Positions 9,740-19,188 of a stretch of DNA of 64,000 bases are shown in pieces; the stretch's first letter is position 1, and each line of letters begins with the position of its first letter. The notes below the pieces were generated by a model, which had not been told where the DNA came from, did not search any database, and was given only the letters and a program-made list of their open reading frames with translations. The translations under genes were made by a program, and so were the position numbers. The DNA is taken from the IMG/VR virus record IMGVR_UViG_2687453420_000002, positions 35,126 through 99,125 of that record. One strand, written 5' to 3'. This DNA is from a virus (lineage: Duplodnaviria > Caudoviricetes).

Positions 9740-9896
9740 CTTTATACCTCCAATATTTCAACTTTTCAATTATATTTAACTGTTCTTTCATTTCCTTTAT
9801 TAATTCTTTTACAATATCTTTTTTATTTAATTCAGCATAAGTCTGAATGTTCTCTGCTAATAACTTTAAAGATTCAAAATCCTCTTTATATAACAT
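9708..9896 (-). CDS. Hypothetical protein
   Basis: RBS; 3' end overlaps the next gene, possibly frameshifted. Confidence 0.5.
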   Translation of the reverse strand: MLYKEDFESLKLLAENIQTYAELNKKDIVKELIKEMKEQLNIIEKLKYWRYKDDLLGLWKRN

Positions 9897-9929
9897 TTAT
9901 TTACTTCCCTTTCCTGTTTGGAATGTGAC

Positions 9930-10097
9930 TTAATTCAATATTGCTTCTAATTCTTCTTTTAATATTCCCTTTAGCTCGTCAGATTCCTGTATCATATTTT
10001 CAAGTAAAGTTATCTTTTGCAACATATCTCTTTTTTTGTAATATAACTCACATGAATCTTCCTTTAATTCATTTATTATCTGTTCAACAATATTCAT
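9930..10097 (-). CDS. 55-aa coiled-coil hypothetical protein (not in ORF track)
   Basis: AAGGAG RBS; MNIVEQIINELKE... Confidence 0.55.
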   Translation of the reverse strand: MNIVEQIINELKEDSCELYYKKRDMLQKITLLENMIQESDELKGILKEELEAILN

Positions 10098-10130
10098 ATA
10101 TGATATTCACTCCTTCGCCTTAATTTCATA

Positions 10131-10535
10131 TTAATCCCTTACCAACTCTGGGGTTTCATATATATTTCCTTTTACTCTTAAGTAGTTGCATTCTCCCCAA
10201 AGGCTTTTAGCTCTGCACTCTTCCTCGTTATCTACCCATCATGCACCCTCATGAAAAACTACCACTCCGTCTAATGGCTCTTCATTACTAATTAACATGT
10301 TTTCAATATGAACTATATCTCCCTCAAAGATTTCTTTTCCATTTCTATCCTTTACACCTGTAGAAAATATAGGCTTTATATGTTTTGAGTATTCTGTTCC
10401 TTCCCATTCAACACAATCATTCTCCTCTGATTCATGGTAAATTAATTGTGAAACCTCTCCATTACAACCAATTGCAAAGCTTGAAGTATTTTCATACATG
10501 ATCTTGTTTTTCATGTCCCAAAATTTTATATTCAT
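10131..10535 (-). pseudogene. YopX-family protein interrupted by an in-frame TGA (10239-10241)
   Basis: STGVKDRNGKEIFEGDIV motif; frame continues to the typical VKGNIYETPELV end. Confidence 0.8.
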
Positions 10536-10801
10536 ATGCTCCCCTCCATACATTCAATTTTTTCTTGCAACTCTTTTAATCTATTCATTTTTTCCTCATA
10601 AGCTTGAGTTTCTTCTTGGATTTTTTTATTGATAACAGAATTAATACATACTAAAAACTTTTTAGATGGCTGTTTACCTTCTTCTATATTCTTAAATGCA
10701 TTGTGGATCCCTTGCTTTGTATATCCAGTTAACTTTTCAATTTCTACACCCTTTAAACCAATCTCTTTTCTAAAATCAGAATAGCTTTTCACTCTCGCCA
10801 C
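10532..10801 (-). CDS. HTH-like protein
   Basis: EIEKLTGYTKQGIH followed by a coiled coil. Confidence 0.6.
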   Translation of the reverse strand: MARVKSYSDFRKEIGLKGVEIEKLTGYTKQGIHNAFKNIEEGKQPSKKFLVCINSVINKKIQEETQAYEEKMNRLKELQEKIECMEGSI

Positions 10802-10888
10802 CTTCTTTTACCCTTTTAATTTATTCTGTAATTTCTTTTTACGTTTTTGTTTATTTTAGTCAATTATTTGTGTCGTATAAATTTCAAA

Positions 10889-11236
10889 TTACGTATTCTT
10901 AAGCTCTACACGCTCCCATGTAAGAAAGCTTCTATACGCTTCAAGTTCTAACCTCAAATTTCTCATAGCTTCTATGCATACACTATAGTTAGTTTCTGCT
11001 ATGTCTCTATTTAATCTTAATTTTGCAATCTCTTCTTTCCCTTTTGCTAAATCATTTATTAGTGTTGCTGGCTGTTTCTCTAACTGTCTTAATCTTAAAA
11101 TTTCTTTTCTAAGAGCTACTTTATAGTCATACTCTGCTGCAGCTTTCTTTACTCCTAGAGTTTTTAATTCTGTATTACCTCTAGTTAATGCTTGCTGACA
11201 TACTCCTATCTTTTTCATTATTTCAACTGGTGTCAT
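10889..11236 (-). CDS. Conserved phage coiled-coil protein
   Basis: RBS; operon context. Confidence 0.7.
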   Translation of the reverse strand: MTPVEIMKKIGVCQQALTRGNTELKTLGVKKAAAEYDYKVALRKEILRLRQLEKQPATLINDLAKGKEEIAKLRLNRDIAETNYSVCIEAMRNLRLELEAYRSFLTWERVELKNT

Positions 11237-11260
11237 ATTATCCTCCTTATAATCAATGTG

Positions 11261-11662
11261 CTAAACTTCTTCTAAAACAAGCTCTACTCTTGATTCTTCT
11301 CCATACCATTTTTCAATCCAGCAATCTACTATTTGTTTATCATCATCATAAGCAATAGCATTTAAGCTATCTAAGATTATTTTGGCTATATTATCCACAT
11401 CAGGCTTCTTAGTAGGTCTTATATTACCTTTTATCATTTCTTCTCTTTTCTTCTTACTAATACTTTTAGGTATTGAATAAAAAACTTTCATATCTGCTCT
11501 TATTGGGCCTTCTAATCTTTTTTTATCCTTAGTTAATAGATAACATTCCTTTACCCAATTCTCATACTCTATTGTCTTTTTAGGTGTATATGCTACACCA
11601 GTTTTAGTACTCATTCTTGGTCTAGCTTTACCTTTTGGTTCTCCTGGTATAATTATTTTCAA
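11261..11662 (-). CDS. rusA: RusA-family Holliday junction resolvase
   Basis: GKARPR and KKPDVDNIAKIILDSLN.IAYDDDKQI. Confidence 0.9.
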   Translation of the reverse strand: MKIIIPGEPKGKARPRMSTKTGVAYTPKKTIEYENWVKECYLLTKDKKRLEGPIRADMKVFYSIPKSISKKKREEMIKGNIRPTKKPDVDNIAKIILDSLNAIAYDDDKQIVDCWIEKWYGEESRVELVLEEV

Positions 11663-11726
11663 TCTGCTTCCTCCTTTATTTATGAGACAAGCAGTAATTT
11701 ATAATTTTACTGCCTGTCCATGTTTG

Positions 11727-12440
11727 CTAAGATATTATATTAATGTTTTGTATTCCTTTTAATTCTTCTTGTAGGTATGCTTTTATACTTTGCATTGCTT
11801 GATTTCTCCAAGCCCCGCCATCAGCTTCATATAATGCTGCTTTAGGTCCTTGTTGCATTCTGAATATAAACTTACTTAAAGGTTGTTCAATTTCTGGGAA
11901 TGTTCTATATGGTGCTAATGTTACTGGATTAGGCACTACCGCTTGTCCTACACTTGCTACACCAGTTTTAATTGTTACTGCTTGAGATACACCATCATCA
12001 CCTGTGCTTTTTACTGCTTCATCTTTTATTAAACCTGTATATTTTAATAGGACCTCTTTATCTCCTATATCTACAAATGAACTTTGAAGCATAATGTTGA
12101 ATTCTTCTGTGCCTATGAATCTGTCATAATAAATATTATTTGGCAAAATAGCCTCTGCTCTTATATACTCTTCACGTTCTCCATCTGGATTTAAAGGACT
12201 ATATAATCTAACTTCATCATATGATTTAACTTGAACTAATAACTGCTCTGGCAATATATCAATATTGGCCTTTATATAATCTACTAATCCTGTAAGTGTT
12301 GATACTGTTAATGTGTCTGCTAATGGTCCTGTAACTCTACTAAGTCCTTTGGTTGAAAAAGTTCCTTGATCCAACTCAATAATTGGGTTCTTTTCCTCTC
12401 CTAAATTTACTAAGTATTCTAAAGCTTCTTTATTTATCAT
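11727..12440 (-). CDS. Conserved phage protein
   Basis: DDGVSQ, LAPYRTFPEIEQP and EADGGAW motifs common in Firmicutes phages. Confidence 0.75.
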   Translation of the reverse strand: MINKEALEYLVNLGEEKNPIIELDQGTFSTKGLSRVTGPLADTLTVSTLTGLVDYIKANIDILPEQLLVQVKSYDEVRLYSPLNPDGEREEYIRAEAILPNNIYYDRFIGTEEFNIMLQSSFVDIGDKEVLLKYTGLIKDEAVKSTGDDGVSQAVTIKTGVASVGQAVVPNPVTLAPYRTFPEIEQPLSKFIFRMQQGPKAALYEADGGAWRNQAMQSIKAYLQEELKGIQNINIIS

Positions 12441-12466
12441 TTTTCATTCCTCCAATTTTATTTTTA

Positions 12467-12859
12467 TTATTTTACTAATTTGATGCCTTTAAGATCTACT
12501 TCTTTTTCCTCAGCAGTAGTTACTACTTCGCCAGTTTCTTCGTCAACTCTCATAGTGCTTTGTCCTGGAATTTGCTTCTTATATTCACTGGCAAGTATTC
12601 CACCTTTTCCATCTGTACCAATTACAATCTTAGCTGCAAGTGGTTTCGTTGGAGCTAATTTAGGTTTTGCTACTATTGATACTTCTGTTAATTCTCTGTC
12701 CTCTCCACTAGCAAATGTCATATCTACAGTTAACTTTCTTTTTGTTTTATAATCTGTGTTTGGATCCGCAATGTTTTCTAATACCTCCTTTAAAGCCATA
12801 TTGATTTTTTCTGCCAATGCTCCATCAGCGAAGGTTTCTAGATTAATCATCTTTTCCAT
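12467..12859 (-). CDS. Conserved phage protein, partner of the 237-aa gene
   Basis: GALAEKINMALKEVLENIADPNT...KRKLT. Confidence 0.75.
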   Translation of the reverse strand: MEKMINLETFADGALAEKINMALKEVLENIADPNTDYKTKRKLTVDMTFASGEDRELTEVSIVAKPKLAPTKPLAAKIVIGTDGKGGILASEYKKQIPGQSTMRVDEETGEVVTTAEEKEVDLKGIKLVK

Positions 12860-12952
12860 AATATTGTTCTCCCTTCAGTATTAGTGTTTTATTATACTCA
12901 TACACTATAGGTATAGAAATGCCTAGAATAAGCCTATGCCTACAGCATTTAG

Positions 12953-13150
12953 TTAACTAATCATCTTCTTTTCTTTCCAATTTTTTAATATATCTATGGG
13001 TTCATTATCCTTCTTAGGATATTGTTGAAGGATTGCGGTTGCCATTCTACTTCCTAAATGTCTCTTAAAATATTTCATATGGTCTACAAAATCTTTCATA
13101 GTATAAGTTACTTTACTGCCATCTTTACAAGTTATTATTAATTTTTTCAA
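12953..13150 (-). CDS. Hypothetical protein
   Basis: GGAGG RBS, TTG start. Confidence 0.55.
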   Translation of the reverse strand: MKKLIITCKDGSKVTYTMKDFVDHMKYFKRHLGSRMATAILQQYPKKDNEPIDILKNWKEKKMIS

Positions 13151-13177
13151 TTACATCCCTCCATTCCACTTTCTAAT

Positions 13178-13558
13178 CTAAAATGCTTTACCATGCTTAT
13201 ATGGTCTATTTCTATTCTTCTTCATTTTCTTTTTAATCTCTTTTTCTATGTCAACTGTATCTCCTAATGCAGTATCAGATGTTCTTAAAATTATATCTGC
13301 AAGCTCTTCAGCATAATTTTCTTTATCATCTTTTCTTAATGCATTAACTGCTTCCGATACTTCACTCACTATAAGCATTAATCTTTGACACATAAAGGCT
13401 CTTTTTACAGCTTTAATTTCCTCATCTTCAAATTCTTTTACACACATTTTAGTTAGTATATTCTTCTCTTCTTCCCAAAACCCATGATCTATTGCATTCT
13501 TATGTGCATCCTTTACCATTTCTTTAATATCCATATTTACATAATCTTTAATGCTCAT
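13178..13558 (-). CDS. MazG-like NTP pyrophosphohydrolase
   Basis: LIVSEVSEA...EELADIILR; C-terminal NRNRPYKHGK. Confidence 0.85.
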   Translation of the reverse strand: MSIKDYVNMDIKEMVKDAHKNAIDHGFWEEEKNILTKMCVKEFEDEEIKAVKRAFMCQRLMLIVSEVSEAVNALRKDDKENYAEELADIILRTSDTALGDTVDIEKEIKKKMKKNRNRPYKHGKAF

Positions 13559-13799
13559 TATTTACCTAACTCCTTTAAACAAATCTTACAAATATTTTTC
13601 CCTTTGAAGTTTATAACCTCTTTAGCTTCTCCGCAGAATATGCAGCATGGCTCGTACTTCTTTAAAATTATTTGTTCTCCTTCTGTGTAAATTTCTAATG
13701 GTGTTTCATTGTCTTTAATGTTTAAAGCCTTTCTAAGCTCCTTGGTAAAACTATTCTTCCTAATGAATCTATCTTTCTTACTATTCCTGTATTTTTCAT
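13558..13799 (-). pseudogene. abrB: AbrB-family regulator with C-terminal Cys motif, 1-bp frameshift near 13742
   Basis: MKNTGIVRKIDSLGRIVLP then, in the shifted frame, ELRKALNI...LKKYEPCCIFCG...ICKIC. Confidence 0.85.
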
Positions 13800-13801
13800 A
13801 A

Positions 13802-14131
13802 TTACATCTCTCCCTTATTTTTATTTAATTCATATAACATTATTTCTTTTCCTACTGCTCTTAAAGCCTTGTCTAAATTTTCAGTTATAAAATACTGCTT
13901 GGCTACTTCATCTGCCCACATATTAGCTCTTATCTTTAAATTTGATACTTCTTCCTGATACTTGTCCAGCAAATCCAAGCTCTCTAGTAGCAAATCCTTA
14001 TAGTCCATACTTTTCTTTACATATTCCTTTAGAATAAATTTTAAAATTGTATTTTCTTCTTTAAGTGTTTCTTTGTTCTCCATTCCTTTAACTAATACAG
14101 TTATCATACTCATCCTCCCAATATTTATCAT
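13802..14131 (-). CDS. Hypothetical protein
   Basis: ORF in operon. Confidence 0.6.
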   Translation of the reverse strand: MINIGRMSMITVLVKGMENKETLKEENTILKFILKEYVKKSMDYKDLLLESLDLLDKYQEEVSNLKIRANMWADEVAKQYFITENLDKALRAVGKEIMLYELNKNKGEM

Positions 14132-14136
14132 AGTAA

Positions 14137-15132
14137 CTACATTACCTCTTTTAATGCTTTAAGTTCTTTTATAAAATCATCAATTTCGTTAGCATTTAAG
14201 ACTAAATTAGTTGTACCAGTAATGTTCTTTATAGAAAAACTATTTTCTTGAACTCTATATTCCATTACCTTGCCTCTTAAAACTAAAGGCTGTAATATCT
14301 TATTTGGTTTTGAAGCTTCTTTTATGCCTTTATTATTTTCTTTATTTGAACTATTTCTAGTTTCAGCAGATTTTATATTATTCAATTTATTTTTAATACC
14401 ATATCTTCTTAAATAACTATTTATGGTGCTTTCTGCTAAACCATATTTTCTACTTATTGCTACTATAGCTTCTTTCCCGATTCCAAGCATTTTAGCTTCT
14501 TTCATAAGCTGTTCCTTAGTTATCTTAGGCTCTTTTGTGAACATCTCATTTTCCCCCTCATATTTATTTTTAATGGTATTAGGTATCTTTTTGAGAATTC
14601 TACTTATATAACTTTGTTTTAACCCTATTTCTTCTCCTATCTGTTTTTGAGTTTTATTATTAAAATAGAACTCTTTAATAATTTTCTTATCTCTTTCATT
14701 TAAATTTTCTATTATTGCAGCTATTTCTTTGCACGTTACATTAAAAATACTTCTATCTTCATAATTTGTTTTATCTGATATTAGATCTATTAAACTTAAA
14801 TTTTCATTATCTTGTTTTTGATTCAATATAGGTTTATCTAAACTATCTACATCTAAATGCTTTTCTTCTTTTCTGTTAAATATTCTTAATTCATTATTTA
14901 CTACAGCTGCTAAGTATGTCATGAATAAAATATTTTTATCAGCATTATAAGCTGTGAATGCTTTAGTCATACCTAAAAAAGCTACTTGAAATAAATCTTC
15001 TTGTTCGAATTTACGTTTCCATGACTGTATCAACTTATATAAGAATTTTTCAAACTTAAAATAAACTTCTTCTAAACTCATTAATTTCAAGCCTTCATCT
15101 TTGGTGAGAATTAATTTTTTCTCAGCCACCAT
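14137..15132 (-). CDS. Sporulation-like sigma-70 factor with C-terminal extension
   Basis: Region 2 EDLFQVAFLGMTKA...FMTY; region 4 KTQKQIGEEIGLKQSYISRI. Confidence 0.85.
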   Translation of the reverse strand: MVAEKKLILTKDEGLKLMSLEEVYFKFEKFLYKLIQSWKRKFEQEDLFQVAFLGMTKAFTAYNADKNILFMTYLAAVVNNELRIFNRKEEKHLDVDSLDKPILNQKQDNENLSLIDLISDKTNYEDRSIFNVTCKEIAAIIENLNERDKKIIKEFYFNNKTQKQIGEEIGLKQSYISRILKKIPNTIKNKYEGENEMFTKEPKITKEQLMKEAKMLGIGKEAIVAISRKYGLAESTINSYLRRYGIKNKLNNIKSAETRNSSNKENNKGIKEASKPNKILQPLVLRGKVMEYRVQENSFSIKNITGTTNLVLNANEIDDFIKELKALKEVM

Positions 15133-15144
15133 AAAAATATACTC

Positions 15145-15393
15145 CTATTTATCTGGCATCTGAAATACAAAATCTCTTGTTTTTCTTTTTCCATTTTGTA
15201 TTTCATCAAATCGGCTTCCTTGCATAATTCTATCCTCTATCATGTCTAATACTTCTATTGCTCTTTCACCAGAACTATATTTTCCTAATTCCTCATATCC
15301 ACTAAAGACTATATTTTCAGATGCATTGAACATATTTGCATTTATTAATAAATTTTTGTCTTGACTTCTAATCCACATTTTACGTTCCCCCAA
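15145..15393 (-). CDS. Conserved phage hypothetical protein
   Basis: MWIRSQDK...LGKYSS.ERAIEVLD. Confidence 0.65.
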   Translation of the reverse strand: MGERKMWIRSQDKNLLINANMFNASENIVFSGYEELGKYSSGERAIEVLDMIEDRIMQGSRFDEIQNGKRKTRDFVFQMPDK

Positions 15394-15542
15394 TTCTTAA
15401 TTTTCTATTTGTTTTTCTTTAGTTATCAAAAACTCTATTAATCCTTCTTTTACTTCTTCCGCCGATGTTTGTTCTATTTCTCTTATATTTATTTCTTTAT
15501 TGCCTTTCAAAGTTTCATATATTCCCCATCTATTCAAACTAA

Positions 15543-16856
15543 TCACCTCTTAAACATCTCTGTTATAAGTTGATATTCTTCTTTATAAATAAACTTCAAT
15601 GCTCCTGTTTTACCATTTCTTTGTTTAGCTATATTCACTTCTAATATTCCTTTATCCTCACTTTCCACATCATAATATTCATCTCTATAAAGAAACATTA
15701 TAGTATCAGCATCCTGTTCTATTGCCCCTGATTCCCTAAGGTCTGAAAGCATTGGTCTTTTATCTGATCTTTGTTCTACTGCTCTTGATAGCTGGCTTAA
15801 TAATATTACTGTCACATCTAACTCTTTAGCTAAGAATTTTAAATGCATTGTTGTATCTGCTACTTCTAGATCTCTTCTTTCTTTTTTAGCCATTTTCATA
15901 AGTGTTAAATGGTCCACTATTATTACATCTAATCCATATTTTTGTTTTATTTTTTTACTTCTAGCTTTTATATCCTGTATGGAAAGATTAACTGAACAAT
16001 CAGTAAACATATTATTTCTTCCAGCTATTTCACCAGTTCTATACCCCAATCTTTTCCATTCATCATCATTTAAGGAACCTCTATTTAACTTTATTGAATC
16101 TATATATGCCTTAGCTGCTAATCTTCTCATTCCTAAAGCTTCTGGTGTCATTTCCATTTCAAATAATGCTACTTTGTATTCCTCTGCTGCTAATCCATCT
16201 GCTACATTTAATGCAAATACTGTTTTACCCATTGATGGTCTACCAGCTATAATATTTAATTCTCCTCTTTTAAGCCCGTTTATTGCATTGTCTAATAGTT
16301 TTAATCCTGTTCTCATTCCTGGTATTTCTCCACCACTTTTATATCTTTCTTGTATTGCTTGAAGTGTACATGTCATAAGTTCATCATCTGTATAAATTAA
16401 TTTATCATTGGTATTTGTTGTTTCTAAAAGCCTATCCTGTGTTTTATTTACTATATCTTGTATTTCTATTTTTTCATCATAGGTTTTGTCTATAAGATCC
16501 TGTGCCGCTTTAATTAATTTTCTTCTATTTGATTTTTCTTTTATTATTTCTGCATAGTTTGTTATATTTGAGCCTGATATCCCACTATCTATTAACTTAC
16601 TTAAATATGTCACTCCACCTATTTTAGTTAGTGTTTCTTCACCTATTTCATTAGAAATTGTTACTATATCTGCTTTTATATCTCTCATATACAATTTAGT
16701 TAGTGCTTTATATATTATTTGATTAGCTGAATTGTAGAAATCCTCTATTTCTAATATGTCTATAACTTCATTTATTGCATCTTCATTAACAAATAAGGTC
16801 CCGATTAAATCACATTCTACTTGTAATGAAAATGGTAAGGCTTTATTTTCTGTCAT
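15543..16856 (-). CDS. dnaB: Replicative DNA helicase
   Basis: GRPSMGKT, IIVDHL, LSQLSR, DLRESGAIEQDAD, KQRNG. Confidence 0.95.
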   Translation of the reverse strand: MTENKALPFSLQVECDLIGTLFVNEDAINEVIDILEIEDFYNSANQIIYKALTKLYMRDIKADIVTISNEIGEETLTKIGGVTYLSKLIDSGISGSNITNYAEIIKEKSNRRKLIKAAQDLIDKTYDEKIEIQDIVNKTQDRLLETTNTNDKLIYTDDELMTCTLQAIQERYKSGGEIPGMRTGLKLLDNAINGLKRGELNIIAGRPSMGKTVFALNVADGLAAEEYKVALFEMEMTPEALGMRRLAAKAYIDSIKLNRGSLNDDEWKRLGYRTGEIAGRNNMFTDCSVNLSIQDIKARSKKIKQKYGLDVIIVDHLTLMKMAKKERRDLEVADTTMHLKFLAKELDVTVILLSQLSRAVEQRSDKRPMLSDLRESGAIEQDADTIMFLYRDEYYDVESEDKGILEVNIAKQRNGKTGALKFIYKEEYQLITEMFKR

Positions 16857-17599
16857 AGAATATCACCACCAAAATCAAACTCTTTATGAGAACATGAATT
16901 CTTTTTAGTCTGTTGTTCTTTTTTATCTTCTTTAGGATAGCCTTCTTTCATCCATGTTTGTAATATCCCATTTATATACTGCATACTACATTTGTTAAGA
17001 GCTATAGCTTTTTCTATAGCTAACTTAGTGTGTTTATATCCATGTTTCATTATTGAAATTTTTACTGCTGCTAAATTTAAAATTCCTGGCATAGAAGTTA
17101 CCTCTTCAACATATTGGCATAATTTCATTGCTTCAAAGTGAGAGTCTCTTTCTCTCTCTTTATTTAGTTTAATATCATTATTTAGTAGTCCGCCATTTCG
17201 CCTAATAGGCGTTTCGCCAGATAGGCATTTCGCCGAATAGGCATTTTGTCGTTTCGGTTCTTCTTTTGTACAAGTAGTTTCATAACTTTTTATATTTTGA
17301 GGTATTTCATATATTGTATAATCATATCCTCCAATTAACTTTCCATTAGAATCTCTCTTAAGTAATCTTTCTATATACCCATTAGTTTCAAGTTCTTTTA
17401 TTGCTGTTCTTATAGCCTTTTCTCCATCTTTGCAATTTTTTTCTATCTCTGAACTATAAAACTCCCAATTATCTGGCCTACTTAGAAAATAACTCATTAA
17501 ACCTTTAGCTTTTAAACTTAATCTACCATCATAAACAAAGTACTTATTTAGCATTACATAAGGATTTTCTTTATCCTTAATAACTCTAAAAACTGCCAT
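16853..17599 (-). CDS. Phage replication initiator (N-terminal HTH, DnaD-like C-terminus)
   Basis: LSLKAKGLMSYFLSRPDNW; YINGILQTW; internal iterons. Confidence 0.8.
   Translation of the reverse strand: MAVFRVIKDKENPYVMLNKYFVYDGRLSLKAKGLMSYFLSRPDNWEFYSSEIEKNCKDGEKAIRTAIKELETNGYIERLLKRDSNGKLIGGYDYTIYEIPQNIKSYETTCTKEEPKRQNAYSAKCLSGETPIRRNGGLLNNDIKLNKERERDSHFEAMKLCQYVEEVTSMPGILNLAAVKISIMKHGYKHTKLAIEKAIALNKCSMQYINGILQTWMKEGYPKEDKKEQQTKKNSCSHKEFDFGGDIL
17195..17242. repeat. Three tandem 16-bp iterons; probable replication origin
   Basis: atttcgcctaataggc / gtttcgccagataggc / atttcgccgaataggc inside the initiator gene. Confidence 0.8.
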
Positions 17600-17625
17600 T
17601 ATATCACCTTCTTTTGTTTTCTTTT

Positions 17626-17838
17626 TTATCTATAGATAAAGTAAGACATTACTACAAAACTCCCAAAAATTATTGCTGTTGCTATAAGTAAAATTACATT
17701 AGCCCAAAACTTAAATCTATACTCTTTTAAAATGGATTTTTTAGCTACTTCTAAAACCTTTTTATCCTCTCCTATATTTCTCTCTAACATTAAATCTATG
17801 TGATACAGAACATCTCTTCTTTTCATTTTTTCCATCCC
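17626..17838 (-). CDS. Small membrane protein (start uncertain)
   Basis: C-terminal hydrophobic helix. Confidence 0.5.
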   Translation of the reverse strand, partial: GMEKMKRRDVLYHIDLMLERNIGEDKKVLEVAKKSILKEYRFKFWANVILLIATAIIFGSFVVMSYFIYR

Positions 17839-18320
17839 CCATGTATATTTTTCTACTTTTGTCCATATACTAATGTTGAAATAGCGTGTTTGTACGTTGT
17901 ATAATGGAGACAAGAGCTTTGCAGAGCTCTTATCCAGCTTTTAAATCAATCAATTTCCAATGGGTGCTTTGCAGAGCACCTATTTGCTTTTATCTTCCAT
18001 AGTTTCAAATACTACTTCATCACTGTTGCTGTCATATTTCACACTACTTATAAAGTATTCTGGATTCTCAATATCATATATTGAATATCCATTTTCATTT
18101 AGTACAGCCAGTTGTGCATTTATACTTTGTATTAAAGTTTTAAAAGAATTATCCACACTCTAACCTCCTTTCTAAAATGGAACTACTAAGTCATAGTGAT
18201 TTATTTCATCTATAAGGCTTTCCACTTCATTTTTTATGTTCTCTATCTTTCCTTCTTCAGCATATTTTAAAACCCAATTTAAACGATATATCAATGCATC
18301 TTTATCGCTTTTATCCATAA

Positions 18321-19177
18321 CTATACCTCCTGGTCTTGTAGGAATGGTGGTAAATCTTCTTCTTTTGTTTCTGGTGTATCTTCTTTTTTACTTAATCCTT
18401 TATCTACTAATATTTTGCAAGCTTTTTGTATTACCTGGTCTTTAGCATTTTTCATAAGCCAATCTATATAGTTAGGAGTTTCTTTCATTATCTGGCCTAA
18501 AGTTTTGCCTTTATTTTTACCAAAATTTATTTTAATGTTCCCAGCACTATTTTCATCAATATTTTGTACATGCTCTTGTTGTAAAAACTCTTGCATTTCT
18601 TCTAGGTCCTGTGTAAATACATCACTTAAACTTGCTACTTGTAATACTGCATCTATAAATGCTCTTTTCTTAGCCATCTTTAAAATAGTATTTACTAAAT
18701 CAGCTATATGTGGGTTTGGTATTTTATATTTAACTGTTCCATACCTAGTAGTTATTTTTCTACCGTACTAGGATCTATTCCATCTGGTACTGCATCAACA
18801 TTTATATATCTATATTTCTTTTCCATACTGTTACAATTCCCCACACCTTGGCTTACTGGATTGCCATTTCTATATAGAGTACATTTTATGTTATAAGCAA
18901 AGAACCCATCTTTGTAATCCTCTGTTCTTTCTAAAAACTCATATTCAGGATTAAGACCAAACATCATGCAAATCTTTTCTCCACCTGGCTTTAAAAGTGT
19001 TGGTTTGCTCCCTGCTCCTGCAACTACTCCAAAATCATGGCCATCTTTTAAATTCTTTTGAATTACTGCTTGAAATGTTGCTATTTTTTGCATAGTACCT
19101 TGTATAGTTCCTATATCTACACTATCTATAAGGCTAGTAACTTGATTATTTTTAACTATTTCTAATTGATTTTCCAT
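18321..19177 (-). pseudogene. Putative recombination (ssDNA-annealing-like) protein split by a 1-bp deletion near 18757
   Basis: KPTLLKPGGEKI...; one added A joins it to NTILKMAKKRAFIDA...FGKNKGKTL..YIDWL. Confidence 0.7.
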
Positions 19178-19188
19178 TATTCTTCCTC

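Larger units (their letters stand above)
6784..10895 (-). repeat. Dispersed 13-bp motif (approx. GTCRYAWTTCAAA) at gene boundaries
   Basis: Good copies 7001-7013, 7872-7884, 8124-8136, 9061-9073, 9917-9929; weaker 6784-6796, 9534-9546, 10883-10895; also 63114-63126 and 63149-63161. Confidence 0.7.

Noticed and set aside
17195-17242. Tandem repeats as a possible CRISPR array
   Set aside because: Contiguous 16-mers without spacers inside the initiator gene; better explained as iterons. No CRISPR array or cas gene was seen.
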